A stretch of DNA of 64,000 bases from positions 32,001 to 96,000 of the forward strand of contig CAVSQW010000005.1 in assembly GCA_963730185.1 (NCBI GenBank). The letters are read 5' to 3'. The notes beneath the pieces were generated by a model. The model saw only the letters and a program-made list of their open reading frames with translations. It had not been told where the DNA came from and did no database searches. Source of the DNA: an uncultured Gemmatimonadales bacterium (GTDB lineage: Bacteria; Gemmatimonadota; Gemmatimonadetes; Gemmatimonadales; GWC2-71-9). A program made the translations under genes and the position numbers. Each line of letters opens with the position of its first letter. Position 1 is the stretch's first letter. Shown one piece after another: positions 40,036-52,985 of this stretch.

Positions 40036-42165
40036 ATGGGAACACATCTGACCGCCGCGCTCGACGCCGACGGCATCGCCACCCTCACCTGGGCCATGGC
40101 GGGTCGTCAGCCCAACACCTTCAACGAGGCCACGATCGCCGAGTTCGAGGCCGCGATCCACGAGCTCCTGGCCGACGCCAAGGTCAAGGGCATCGTCATC
40201 ACCTCGGCCAAGTCGGACTTCATCGTCGGCGCCGACCTCGGGATGCTCCAGCAGGTCGGGAGCATGTCGCGGGAGGAGTTTTTTCGCCGAGTGCGCCGGA
40301 TGCAGCAGCTCTTCCGCGCCGTGGAGACCGGCGGGAAGCCGGTGGTCGCGGCGCTCAACGGGACCGCGGTGGGTGGCGGGTTCGAGCTGGCGATGGCGTG
40401 TCACGTCAGGGTCGCCGCCGACCACCCGGCCATCCGGGTCGGGCTCCCCGAGGTGCAGCTGGGGTTGCTGCCCGGCGCCGGAGGGACTCAGCGAATGCCG
40501 CGGCTGATCGGCGCCCGGGAGGCACTCGGGCTGATCACCCAGGGCAAGACGATCCCGGTCAAGAAGGCGTTGGAGCTCGGGCTCCTGACCGAGGTGGCGC
40601 CCGCCGACCAGCTCCTTGACCGGGCCAAGCACCACGCCCGGACGGCGGAACCGGTGCAGCCCTGGGACAAGAAGGGGTTTCGAATCCCCGGCGGCGAGGT
40701 CCACTCGGCGGCCGGGTTCGAGACCTTCACCGGTGCCAACGCGATGATCACCAAGGAGACCTGGGGCAATTACCCGGCGCCTCGGCTCGCCGCGTACGCG
40801 ATCTACCACGGCCTCCAGATGCCGATCGACCAGGGTGTGAAGGTCGAGGCGCGAGGCTTCGTGGAGCTGGCGTTCGATCCCAAGACCCAGGCGATGATTC
40901 GCACGCTGTTCTTCAGCATGGGCGACGCGAAGCGGCTCAAGGGCCGCTCGAAGACGGTGCCGGTCAAGGCATACGAAAAGATCGGCGTGCTGGGCGCGGG
41001 GCTCATGGGCCACGGGATCGCGCATGCGGCCGCGACCAACGGGATCGAGGTCGTGCTGCTGGACGTGGACCAGGCGGCGGCCGAACGGGGCAAGGAGCGG
41101 ATCGGCGCGATCCTCCAGGCGGCGGTCGCGAAAGGGCGGTTGAGCGAGGACGCAGCCAAGGCCGCGATGGGCCGGGTTCACCCGACGGCCAGCTTTGACG
41201 ACCTGAAGCCTTGCCAGCTGATCGTCGAGGCCGTGTTCGAGAAGCGGGAGCTCAAGAACGAGGTGGTGAAGAAGGCCGAGGCGGTCATCACACCCGAGAC
41301 GATCTTCGGGAGCAACACGTCGACGCTCCCGATCACCGGGCTCGCGACCGCAAGCAGGCGGCCCGACCAGTTCATCGGGCTCCACTTCTTCTCGCCGGTC
41401 GAGAAGATGCCGCTGGTCGAGGTGATCCTGGGTGAGAAGACCGCCGAGGCCACGCTGGCGCAGGCGCTCGACTTCGTGAAGGCGATCGGCAAGACGCCGA
41501 TCGTGGTCCGGGACGGGCGCGGGTTCTTCACCAGCCGGGTCTTCGGCACCTACCTGGTGGAGGGCGTGGCGATGCTGGCCGAGGGGGTCGAGCCGGCGTT
41601 GATCGACAACGCGGGACGCTTGGCGGGGATGCCGATGGGCCCGCTCACCGTGGCCGACATGGTCAACATCGACCTCTCCTACAAGATCCGAATGCAGGCC
41701 AAGGCCGACCTGGGCGAGAAGTACGTCGCCCACCCGGCCGACGCAGTGGTCGAGCTGATGGTGAAGGAGGGGCGGTACGGCCAGAAGACCAAGGCCGGGT
41801 TCTACGACTACACCGACAGCGGCAAGCAGCTCTGGCCCGGCCTCGCGAAGCACTTTCCGGTGGCGGCCGAGCAGCCGAGCCTCGAGGCGATCACCCGGCG
41901 GCTGCTCCACATCCAGGCGATCGAGACGCTCCGGTGCATGGAGGAGGGGATCGTCCAGCGGCCCGAGGACGCGGACGTAGGATCGATTCTGGGGTGGGGG
42001 TTTTGCCCGTTCGATGGTGGCGTGGCGTCGTACGTGGACCTCGTGGGGACCAAGCGGTTGGCGGCGGAGTGCAACGAGCTGGCGGCAACGTGCGGGGCGC
42101 GGTTTGCGCCCCCTGCGCTGCTCCGCGAGCTCGCGACCGCCGGGACCGGGCTCTACCCCGCTTAG
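40036..42165 (+). CDS. fadB: Enoyl-CoA hydratase / 3-hydroxyacyl-CoA dehydrogenase multifunctional enzyme (FadB/FadJ)
   Basis: GGGFELAMAC, LPEVQLGLLPGAGGTQR, GAGLMG, SNTSTLPI and HFFSPV motifs. Confidence 0.93.
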   Translation: MGTHLTAALDADGIATLTWAMAGRQPNTFNEATIAEFEAAIHELLADAKVKGIVITSAKSDFIVGADLGMLQQVGSMSREEFFRRVRRMQQLFRAVETGGKPVVAALNGTAVGGGFELAMACHVRVAADHPAIRVGLPEVQLGLLPGAGGTQRMPRLIGAREALGLITQGKTIPVKKALELGLLTEVAPADQLLDRAKHHARTAEPVQPWDKKGFRIPGGEVHSAAGFETFTGANAMITKETWGNYPAPRLAAYAIYHGLQMPIDQGVKVEARGFVELAFDPKTQAMIRTLFFSMGDAKRLKGRSKTVPVKAYEKIGVLGAGLMGHGIAHAAATNGIEVVLLDVDQAAAERGKERIGAILQAAVAKGRLSEDAAKAAMGRVHPTASFDDLKPCQLIVEAVFEKRELKNEVVKKAEAVITPETIFGSNTSTLPITGLATASRRPDQFIGLHFFSPVEKMPLVEVILGEKTAEATLAQALDFVKAIGKTPIVVRDGRGFFTSRVFGTYLVEGVAMLAEGVEPALIDNAGRLAGMPMGPLTVADMVNIDLSYKIRMQAKADLGEKYVAHPADAVVELMVKEGRYGQKTKAGFYDYTDSGKQLWPGLAKHFPVAAEQPSLEAITRRLLHIQAIETLRCMEEGIVQRPEDADVGSILGWGFCPFDGGVASYVDLVGTKRLAAECNELAATCGARFAPPALLRELATAGTGLYPA

Positions 42166-42242
42166 AGGACCGAGCGGGCACCGGGCCGCTGCGTGATCCC
42201 TCACGACGGCCGCTGAGCCCGCGCCGACCGGAGGCCCGACCG

Positions 42243-43586
42243 ATGTCAACACCAATCGCCCGATCCTCCCTCACCGCAGCGCTCGTCCTCGCCGGCTGCG
42301 GACCGGCCGAGCCGCCAAGCCCGTCGGTTCGCACCTACACCCTGCCCGCGCCGGAACTCACGGAGCCCGCCTTCGAATCGCACCTGGCCATCGACCCCGA
42401 GCATCCCGACCGGATCGTGGTCGCGGCGCACTACGGGGTCGGCTACAACCGGGGCGGGCGGCGGATCTGGACCTGGCGCACCAGCGACGCCGGGCACACC
42501 TGGATCGGCGCCGATCAGCCGCTGCCGAACGCGAAGGCGGCCCTGGCGGCCGACGCGGTGACGGCGTTCGGGGTCGACGGCACGGCCTACCTCAGCTTTC
42601 TCTCTGCGGACACCACGGGCAAGCGGTTCGATGGCGGTGACGCGTTGGCCACGATGCCGCCCGACGCCCAGGGCTTCGGTCCGGCCCGGCTCGTCGTCGA
42701 GGGCGGACTCACCCTGGCGGGCGCGGCGGTGGACAAGGACTGGCTGGCGGTCGATCGGAGCAGCGCGAGCCCAAACCGGGGCGCCCTCTACCTGAGCTGG
42801 CACCTGAACAAGCCCGACTTCACTCGGGGAACCGTCGCGTCGACCTTCTGGCTGGCGTCGAGCCGGGACGGCGGCCGGAGCTTCGGCGCGCCGGTCCGGG
42901 TGGCCGAGGCATTCTCGGGACAGGTGGCGATCCGGATCGACGGGACGGTCGACGTGATCTATGGGGGCCGCCAGAGTGAAGCGATCCTCCATGCCGCCTC
43001 GACCGACGGAGGTCAGACCTTCGGCACGCCCGACACGGTGGTTTCGCTGGCCGACGGACGGACGTTCGACGTCCCGACCTTGGTAGCCGGCGCCGCCGAC
43101 ACGTTGTTCGTCTGCTGGTCGGAGACCACCGCAGCCGACGGCCTGCGCTACGACATCCGTTGCGCCCGATCTCCGGGCGAACGCCGATGGGACGCGCCGG
43201 TTCCCCTGGTGCCCGGCCTGCCGCCATCGAGCAGCCTGGGGTTTCCCAACGCGGTGGCGACGCCCGAGGGCCTCTGGGTCCTGGCCTACCGGGCCGACGC
43301 CGACACCACCAGGGTGATGCTCTACCGTTCGGCCGACGGGGGCCGGTCGTTCACACCGAGCCATGAGCTGGCGACCCGTCCCTTCGGCGCGGCGGCCTTC
43401 TGCTCCGGCGCCGGGGCACCCTGCCGGAAGGCGGCCGAGGGTCAGTTCTTCTTCGGGGGCGACTACTTCGGGCTGGCGGCGGCGCCGGGGCGGCTCGCCG
43501 CCGCCTACGTGCTGCCTGACGGCGACGCACCCGGCGGACGACCGTCGGTGTACGTCTCGGTGATCGACCTCGGGGCCGATCGTTAG
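42243..43586 (+). CDS. BNR/Asp-box repeat (sialidase-like beta-propeller) lipoprotein
   Basis: Lipobox LAGC; TSDAGHTW, SRDGGRSF, STDGGQTF, SADGGRSF; GDYFGL. Confidence 0.82.
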   Translation: MSTPIARSSLTAALVLAGCGPAEPPSPSVRTYTLPAPELTEPAFESHLAIDPEHPDRIVVAAHYGVGYNRGGRRIWTWRTSDAGHTWIGADQPLPNAKAALAADAVTAFGVDGTAYLSFLSADTTGKRFDGGDALATMPPDAQGFGPARLVVEGGLTLAGAAVDKDWLAVDRSSASPNRGALYLSWHLNKPDFTRGTVASTFWLASSRDGGRSFGAPVRVAEAFSGQVAIRIDGTVDVIYGGRQSEAILHAASTDGGQTFGTPDTVVSLADGRTFDVPTLVAGAADTLFVCWSETTAADGLRYDIRCARSPGERRWDAPVPLVPGLPPSSSLGFPNAVATPEGLWVLAYRADADTTRVMLYRSADGGRSFTPSHELATRPFGAAAFCSGAGAPCRKAAEGQFFFGGDYFGLAAAPGRLAAAYVLPDGDAPGGRPSVYVSVIDLGADR

Positions 43587-44749
43587 GCGGGCGACCCGAC
43601 CGGACCGCTGAGACAGACCACCGGGATCCCGCCGTTTTCGGTCTGAAAGGCCGGGGGCAGGTCGAGCCCGAGCGCCCGCCGATGCTCCGGATGGGCGACC
43701 AGGAGGGTGACCGTCCCGGCCGGCAGCCGCTCCCGCGCCACGGTGCCCAGCCGGGCGTACAGATCGCGGAGTCCGGCCCGGTCGCCGATCCGGTCGCCGT
43801 AGGGCGGATTGGTCACCACCGCCGCGTTCGGCGCGGTCGTGGCCAGGGCCGACACGGAGCGAGTCGCGAAGCGCACGTCGCCCGCCACACCCGCCCGCTG
43901 GGCGTTGGCCTCCGCCGCGGCGATCGCGCCCGCGTCGCGATCGCCGCCCAGAATCGGCGCCCCCACGCTCGAACGAACCCTCGCTCGGGCCTCGTTCCGA
44001 GCCCTCTCCCAGATCCCGGCCGGCATCGACGGCCAGCGCTCCGCCGCGAACCGGCGGGCCACCCCCGGCGCGATCCGTCGGGCCAGCAACGCGGCCTCGA
44101 TCGGGATGGTTCCCGAGCCCGTGAACGGGTCGATCAGGGGCCGGCCACCGTCCCACCCGGACGCCAGCAGCATCGCGGCCCCGATAGTCTCGCGGAGCGG
44201 GGCCTTGGCGGTCTCCTGTCGGTAGCCCCGCCGGTGGAGCCGCGCTCCCGACGCGTCGGCGCTGATCGTGACCCGGTCTCGGAACACTCGTACCACGAAC
44301 CGTTGGGTCGCCGGCAGCGTGGTGACGTCCATCTCGAGGGCATCGAGGTCCGCGGCGGAGCGAAGGGCCGCCACGCCGCTCACCGAACCGGCCACCGCGC
44401 TCTCCAGCCGCTGGGCGATGGCATCCTCGTGGAAGAGCTTGCTCTTCTTCGAGGTGACCCGGAAGTGGACCCGGGTGCGGGGCGCGACGAACCCGTCCCA
44501 CGCCAGCGCGCGAGCCAGCCGTTCGAGGGTGCTGAAGTGACGGGCTTCGAACTGGGAGACCCGGACCAGCACCCGATGGGCCGTCCGGAGGTTCAGGTCG
44601 AGGCGGGCCACGGTCTCGAGCGTGCCGGCGAGGCTCACGCCCCCGGGCTCGGTAGCGGTCGGATTCAGTCCCAGGCCGGCGAGCTCGGCGGCGAGGATGG
44701 TCTCCAGGCCGGGGCTGGTGACGAGATAGAGGTCGAGCATCCCGGGCAT
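43583..44749 (-). CDS. THUMP-domain RNA methyltransferase (RlmL-like)
   Basis: PGLE, LHRRGYR, APLRET, DPFTGSGTIPIEAA and NPPYG motifs. Confidence 0.9.
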   Translation of the reverse strand: MPGMLDLYLVTSPGLETILAAELAGLGLNPTATEPGGVSLAGTLETVARLDLNLRTAHRVLVRVSQFEARHFSTLERLARALAWDGFVAPRTRVHFRVTSKKSKLFHEDAIAQRLESAVAGSVSGVAALRSAADLDALEMDVTTLPATQRFVVRVFRDRVTISADASGARLHRRGYRQETAKAPLRETIGAAMLLASGWDGGRPLIDPFTGSGTIPIEAALLARRIAPGVARRFAAERWPSMPAGIWERARNEARARVRSSVGAPILGGDRDAGAIAAAEANAQRAGVAGDVRFATRSVSALATTAPNAAVVTNPPYGDRIGDRAGLRDLYARLGTVARERLPAGTVTLLVAHPEHRRALGLDLPPAFQTENGGIPVVCLSGPVGSPA

Positions 44750-44754
44750 GATAC

Positions 44755-47318
44755 CTAACGTCTCCGCTTGGCGCCCCGAACCGGGCGAGCGGTGAGGGGA
44801 TCTTCGGGCCACTCGTGCTTGGGATAGCGACCCCGAAGGTCCTTCCGGACGTCGAAGTAGCTGGTTCGCCAGAAGCCGGCCAGATCGCGGGTCACCTGGA
44901 CCGGGCGCATGGCGGGCGAGAGAAGATGGAGGGTGAGCGGCACCCGCCCACCGGCAATGGCCGGGGTCTCCTCCAGTCCGAACACCTCCTGCAGCTTGAC
45001 CGGCAGGACCGGGGCGGCAGGATCGGAATAGTCGATCGCCAGACGGGAGCCGGTCGGCACCTCCCATCGCTCGGGTGCCAGGCGATCGAGGTCCGCGCGC
45101 CGGCGCCACTCGAGCCGGTCGAGAAGGGCGGCACCCAAGTCCACGTCGCCCAGGGCCGCCAGGCTGCGCGCGGTGCCGATCCGGGGCCCGAGCCACCCGT
45201 CCAGCGTGGCGGCGAGCGCACCGTCCGAGACGTCGGGCCAGCCATCGGGGTCGTGCTGGTGCAGGAAGGCCAGGCGTCGGCGCAGATTGGTGGCGGCCGC
45301 GGTCCAGGGTAGTTGGTCCACGCCGCGTGCGACCAGGCCGGCCAGCAGCGTGGCTCGCACCCGGTCCGGGTCGGGCCGGCCGAGCGGCCGCTCCTCGAGC
45401 ACGATGGCGCCGAGGCGGACCTCGAGCGACGCCCGAACGGCGGCCCGCTCGGCGTCCCACTCCAACACCTCCCGCCGCTCGATCGCGTCGGCACATTCGA
45501 CCTCGAGGTCCGCGAGGTCGACCGGGGCGGCGAGATCGATGCGGGCCTCGGCGCCGCGATCGTCCAGCTCGGCTATGACGAGATAGTCGGCCCGGGCCAG
45601 CGCCTGCGAGGGCACCAGCGCGGCGCCCCGCCCGTTCCGGAGGAGAAATCGTCCCGGGGCGCCGGGGCGACGTTGCGCCACCCGGTCGGGAAAGGCGCCG
45701 GCCAGGAGCCGGCCGGTCAGCTCGATGTCGGCCGGGTGAAAGAGGGTCCGATCGTCCCGAGGTGGCGGTTCGGATGGGGCTCCGGATCTGGCCAGTCGTC
45801 GTCGCCACTCCCCGGCCTCTCGACGAGCGCGGGCAAGCCCCCCACGGTCGACCTCGAGGCCATGCACCCCACGCCCGGCCCGCAGGGCTTCGACCCGGAG
45901 CCGGAGGTCCACGTCGGCCGGCTCGGGCCCCCGCCGAGCGATGTCCCGGTCGCTAAGCAGGGACACCAGCTCGGCGCCTAACCCGCTGACGCCGACCGCC
46001 GCGGCGTCGAGCGCGAGACGAGCCAGGCGGGGATGGAGCGCCAGAGGGGCCATGGCACGACCCCGAGCGGTCAGCCGGCCGCCGGGATCCAGGGCGCCGA
46101 GGAGGCCGAGCAGCTCGCGGGCCTGGGCCCAGGCGGAGGCGGGCGGCTGGTCGAGCCAAGCCAGAGCGCCGGGGTCGTCGACCCCGGCCGCGGCCAGGTC
46201 CAGCACCAGCGGGGCCAGGTCGGCGGAGAGGATTTCGGGGAGGTTGTAAGGAACGAGGCCGGCCTCGTCTCCCTCGCTCCAGAGCCGGTAGCAGACGCCC
46301 GGGCCGAGCCGTCCCGCCCGACCGCGCCGCTGGTCGGCCGACGCGCGGGTAACCCGAACGGTCTCCAGCCGGGTCATGCCGGTCCGCGGCGAAAACCGAG
46401 GCACCCGCATCCGACCGCCGTCGACGACAACCGAGACCCCTTCGATGGTGAGACTGGTCTCGGCGATCGAGGTCGAGAGCACCACCCGCCGCTGTCGACC
46501 CGGAGTCAGGGCCAGGTCCTGCGCCTCGGCGGGCATCGAGCCGTGCAGGGGAAGGACCCGGGCCGGGAGCGCCGGCTCCGTCTCCAGCGCCTCGGCCACG
46601 CGGCGAATCTCGCCGGCGCCGGGCAGGAAGACCAGCAGGTCGCCCCGGTCCACCTCCAAGGCCTCGCGCACCACGGCAGCCACGTGGGCCTCGAAGCGAC
46701 GATCGGCCCGTGGCGGCCGGAAGCGGGTCTCGACCGGGAAGGTTCGGCCGGGGCAGTCGACCACCGGCGCCCCGTCCAGGAGCCGCGCCACCGGGGCCGG
46801 ATCGATCGTGGCCGACATCACCAACACCCGGAGATCAGGACGGAGCGCCTGGCGCGACTCCAGCGTCAGGGCCAGTCCGGTGTCCGCCGCGAGGCTCCGC
46901 TCGTGGAATTCGTCGAAGATCACGAGTCCGACCGACTCGAGACTGGGATCGTCGGCCAGCATCCGGGTCAGAACGCCCTCGGTGACCACCTCGAGGCGGG
47001 TGGCGGCCGAGACCCGGGTATCGAACCGGACCCGGTAGCCGACGGTCCGCCCCACCGCCTCACCGAGGGTGTGCGCCATCCGCCGGGCGGCCAGGCGGGC
47101 GGCGACCCGCCGAGGCTCGAGCATCACGATCCGGCGGCCGGCCATCCAGGGCTCGGCAAGGAGCTCCAGCGGCGCCACGGTCGTCTTGCCGGCCCCTGGC
47201 TCGGCCACGACCACGGCGGCCCCCGGGCCCGCCAACGCCGCCCGAATCGCCGGCAACGCCGCGACGATCGGGAGGTCGAGGCTCGCCCGCCCGTCGGTCT
47301 CGAGGTTGTCGCCCGCAT
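44755..47318 (-). CDS. hrpB: ATP-dependent helicase HrpB; 5' end uncertain
   Basis: AEPGAGKTT, EPRRVAAR, DEFHER, MSAT, QRRGRAGR and C-terminal LRGRYPKHEWPEDP. The RBS-preceded ATG at 47318 is out of frame (possible indel); the ORF track starts at GTG 47424. Confidence 0.92.
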
Positions 47319-47495
47319 CGCGCTCCCGCCCGTTCCTGCCGATTGCCGTTTGCCGTCTCCTTCCCTTCGACCCGCCGGGCCACTCGGGGCGGACCCGGCC
47401 GCCGCCCGACACCCCCGGGCACACCCGCTCGTAAGGCCAGCCCTGGCGCTCAGGCGCCGTCGCCTCAAACTTGGTGGACCTTCAACCCCGAATCC

Positions 47496-49145
47496 ATGCT
47501 CAAGCGCTCGATCGGCCTCATCTCCCTGGCCTTGCTCACCGGTGCGGGCCACCTCGCCGCCCAGCGGACCAGCCCCGACATCACCCCCGCCGACCTCCGG
47601 CTCCGGCTCTTCGCCCTGGCCGACGACTCGATGGGCGGACGGGCCACCGGTTCGCTCGGCAACTTCAAGGCGGCCGAGTGGGTGGCGTCGGAGTTCAAGC
47701 GCCTGGGACTCGAACCCGCCGGCGACGACGGCACCTACTTCCAGACCATCCCGTTCTTCCGGCTCAAGCCCGACCCGCGGGTCACCCTGGCGGTGAACGG
47801 CGCACCGCTCGCGCTTGGCGTCGACGTGCTACCGATCATCGCGCCGTCGGCGCCGAGGCCGATGGACGGTGCCCAGGCGATCTACGGCGGGCCGGTGGGC
47901 GACAGCACGAAGTGGATCTCGGCGGCCGAGGCCAAGAGCAAGATCGTGGTCTTCGCGAAGCCGGCGGTCCAGGGTCGCGGCTTCGGCGCGATCCTCGGCC
48001 AGCTCCGGCAGAGCCGGCGGTTCGCCGACGCCGCGCTGATCGCGATCGACGGGCTGGACGAGACGGCGCCCGAGCTCGTGGCGGCGCTGCTGGACGGCCG
48101 GGTGGTGACCGATACGACCCGAACGATGCCGGCGCCGCTCCTGGCCCTGGTCTCCGCCCGCGGCACCGAGTGGCTGATCGGCCGGCCGTTGGCGAGCGCC
48201 ACGCCTGGCACGCTGGGCAAGACGGTCCAGGGCGAAACCCGGCTCGGACTCTTTCCGCTCGACTACCCGGCCCGGAACGTGGTGGCCGTGCGTCGCGGCG
48301 CCGACCCGGCGCTCCGGAACACCTACGTCTCGCTCACCGGTCACAACGATCACGTCGGCTTCGACCACTCGCCGGTGGATCACGATTCACTCCGAGCCTT
48401 CGACCGGGTGATCCGCCCGATGGGCGCCGATTCGCCCAACCGCGAGCCCACGGCCGACGAGTGGAAGGAGGTTCATCGGATCCTCGACAGCCTCCGGGCC
48501 ATTCGGCCGCCGCGGCCCGACTCGATCCGGAACGGAGCCGACGACGACGGCACCGGCACGGTGGCGCTGCTCGAGATCGCCGAGAAGTTCGCGAGCCAGC
48601 CGGCGTTCCGGCGGTCGATTCTGTTCGTCTCCCATACGGCCGAGGAAGAGGGTCTGCTCGGCTCGGCGTGGTTCACCGATCACGCGACGGTGCCGGTGGA
48701 CTCGATCGTGAGCGAGCTGGACATGGACATGATCGGCCGGGGCGACCGGATCGACCTGCCCGAAGGCGGGCCGGGTTATCTGGAGCTGGTCGGCTCCCGG
48801 CGGCTCTCGAACGAGTACGGCGAGATCATCGACCGGGTCAACGCGCGACAGCCCGAGCCGTTCCAGTTCAACCTGACCTACGACGCCCCGGGTCACCCGC
48901 TCCAGTACTACTGTCGAGCCGACCACTACAGCTACGGGCGTTACGGCATTCCGGCGGTCGCTTTCTCACGGGGTGAGCATCTCGACTATCACCAGGTGAC
49001 CGACGAGCCGCAGTACATCGACTACGACGCCCTGTCACGGGTGGCGCACCTGGCCGCGGACGTGGCGGCCGAGGTGGCGAATCTGGACCACCGGCCGAAG
49101 CTGGACCGGCCGAAGGGCGATCCGCATGCCCGTTGCGTTCAATGA
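47496..49145 (+). CDS. Exported M28 family peptidase with PA-like insert
   Basis: Signal peptide; GHNDH, GADDDGTG, AEEEGL, DMIGR and YHQVTD motifs. Confidence 0.9.
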   Translation: MLKRSIGLISLALLTGAGHLAAQRTSPDITPADLRLRLFALADDSMGGRATGSLGNFKAAEWVASEFKRLGLEPAGDDGTYFQTIPFFRLKPDPRVTLAVNGAPLALGVDVLPIIAPSAPRPMDGAQAIYGGPVGDSTKWISAAEAKSKIVVFAKPAVQGRGFGAILGQLRQSRRFADAALIAIDGLDETAPELVAALLDGRVVTDTTRTMPAPLLALVSARGTEWLIGRPLASATPGTLGKTVQGETRLGLFPLDYPARNVVAVRRGADPALRNTYVSLTGHNDHVGFDHSPVDHDSLRAFDRVIRPMGADSPNREPTADEWKEVHRILDSLRAIRPPRPDSIRNGADDDGTGTVALLEIAEKFASQPAFRRSILFVSHTAEEEGLLGSAWFTDHATVPVDSIVSELDMDMIGRGDRIDLPEGGPGYLELVGSRRLSNEYGEIIDRVNARQPEPFQFNLTYDAPGHPLQYYCRADHYSYGRYGIPAVAFSRGEHLDYHQVTDEPQYIDYDALSRVAHLAADVAAEVANLDHRPKLDRPKGDPHARCVQ

Positions 49146-49148
49146 TGG

Positions 49149-49204
49149 TAGGGAGTAGGGAGGGATTGGGGAGTAGGGAGGCAGTCGGGACTAGGGAGTA
49201 GGGG
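49149..49204 (+). repeat. TAGGGAG heptamer repeat / G-quadruplex-forming tract
   Basis: TAGGGAG at 49149, 49156, 49174 and 49192, plus TAGGGG at 49199. Confidence 0.6.
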
Positions 49205-50159
49205 TGGCCGGTTGGAAGACGGCGATGGCGTTCGGGTAGTCCACCGTCACCTTGAAGTAGTGGAGGGCGCTTCCGCCCAGAGCGCCTTCCACTTGCCGGT
49301 CCATGAAGCGGGTCATGAATTGGTGGAAGTTCCGATCCGGCCGGCGAGTGAACCACACCGGGCCGACGGTGGAGCCGGCCACCGTGACCTCGGGTACCTC
49401 GATCAGCGGCTCGCCGGTCCCCTTCTCGCCCTTCTCGACCACTCGCCAATCGGGATGTCGGGAGCGCCACCGCTCGAAGGTCGTCGTGGTGATGAAGCTC
49501 GTGGCGCGGACCGAGTCGGTTGCGCCCATGGTAGCCATGGCATCGGCGGTGAGCGGCGAGGTGGCGCCGGTATCGAGGAGCAGATCCAGGGCCTGGCCGT
49601 CGATGGTGGCCTGAATCCGAGGGAAGTTGAGGGCGCGGCCGCCGGCGCTGTCGGTCTGAAAGCCGAGCGCGACCCGGTGCTCGGGCGCGACTGCGGGAAC
49701 GTCGCCATTCGCCCGGAGCCAGAGCGTCCGCCCGGGGTAGTCGAAGGTCCACGTCCGCCCACCGAACCACTCCTGCCCCAACATCCCGTCGGCCTCGAAC
49801 ATGTCGATCCCGCGACCCGGCGGCGGGGCAAGGACCATCACCTTCCCGCCCCGCGAGGGCGGCAGGGGAATCGAGGCGTCGGCGGCGAACGGCGGAAAGG
49901 TCGCGAGCCTGACGGTGTCGGCCCCCTCCACTTGGGTCGTGACCTCGATCCCCAGTCGAGTCGCCGCGTCCTGCAGCAGAAACAGCCCCCCGCCCGAATC
50001 GGTATAGAGCGTGATCCGCCGACCCGCGGTCGTGACGGGCTCGACCCAGAAACGGTCGCCGTGGTAGCCGGTCGGGAGGGCGAGGGGGTGGCCGGGGGTC
50101 TGGGCGGCGAGCGGTGCCGCGACGGCGAGAAGCGAGACGAGGAACAAGAGGCGGGGCAT
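49191..50159 (-). CDS. Exported retropepsin-like aspartyl protease (two-lobe)
   Basis: Signal peptide; YTDSGGG...DGMLG and LLDTGAT...GALG motif pairs. Confidence 0.75.
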   Translation of the reverse strand: MPRLLFLVSLLAVAAPLAAQTPGHPLALPTGYHGDRFWVEPVTTAGRRITLYTDSGGGLFLLQDAATRLGIEVTTQVEGADTVRLATFPPFAADASIPLPPSRGGKVMVLAPPPGRGIDMFEADGMLGQEWFGGRTWTFDYPGRTLWLRANGDVPAVAPEHRVALGFQTDSAGGRALNFPRIQATIDGQALDLLLDTGATSPLTADAMATMGATDSVRATSFITTTTFERWRSRHPDWRVVEKGEKGTGEPLIEVPEVTVAGSTVGPVWFTRRPDRNFHQFMTRFMDRQVEGALGGSALHYFKVTVDYPNAIAVFQPATPTP

Positions 50160-50269
50160 GCAAGTCGATGGTTGGGGGTCAAAGCAACCAGGTGATCGAG
50201 TGCGCTACGAACGTAGCCGCCCGGCCACCTGGTTACCTAGTCACCTACCACTTCCGCTCCGGCTGCTTC

Positions 50270-52852
<2,583 letters not shown>

Positions 52853-52956
52853 GATAGCGAAACCTCCGAGGTTGTCGCGAAACAAGCAGGAGCGAACCGC
52901 CCGTCGGGCGCTCCGCCGATTGACAAGAAGCTGACGAGGATGTCCAACAGTACCGC

Positions 52957-52978
52957 CCCTTCCCCTCGCCGGGAAGGG
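52957..52978 (-). terminator. Short hairpin after the TonB-receptor-like gene
   Basis: CCCTTCCC-N6-GGGAAGGG, 8 nt past the stop; no strong U-tract. Confidence 0.35.
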
Positions 52979-52985
52979 ACTCGGT

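Noticed and set aside
49149..49204. CRISPR array
   Set aside because: Units are 7 bp with no spacers, and there are no cas genes; no CRISPR-like repeat seen anywhere in the window.
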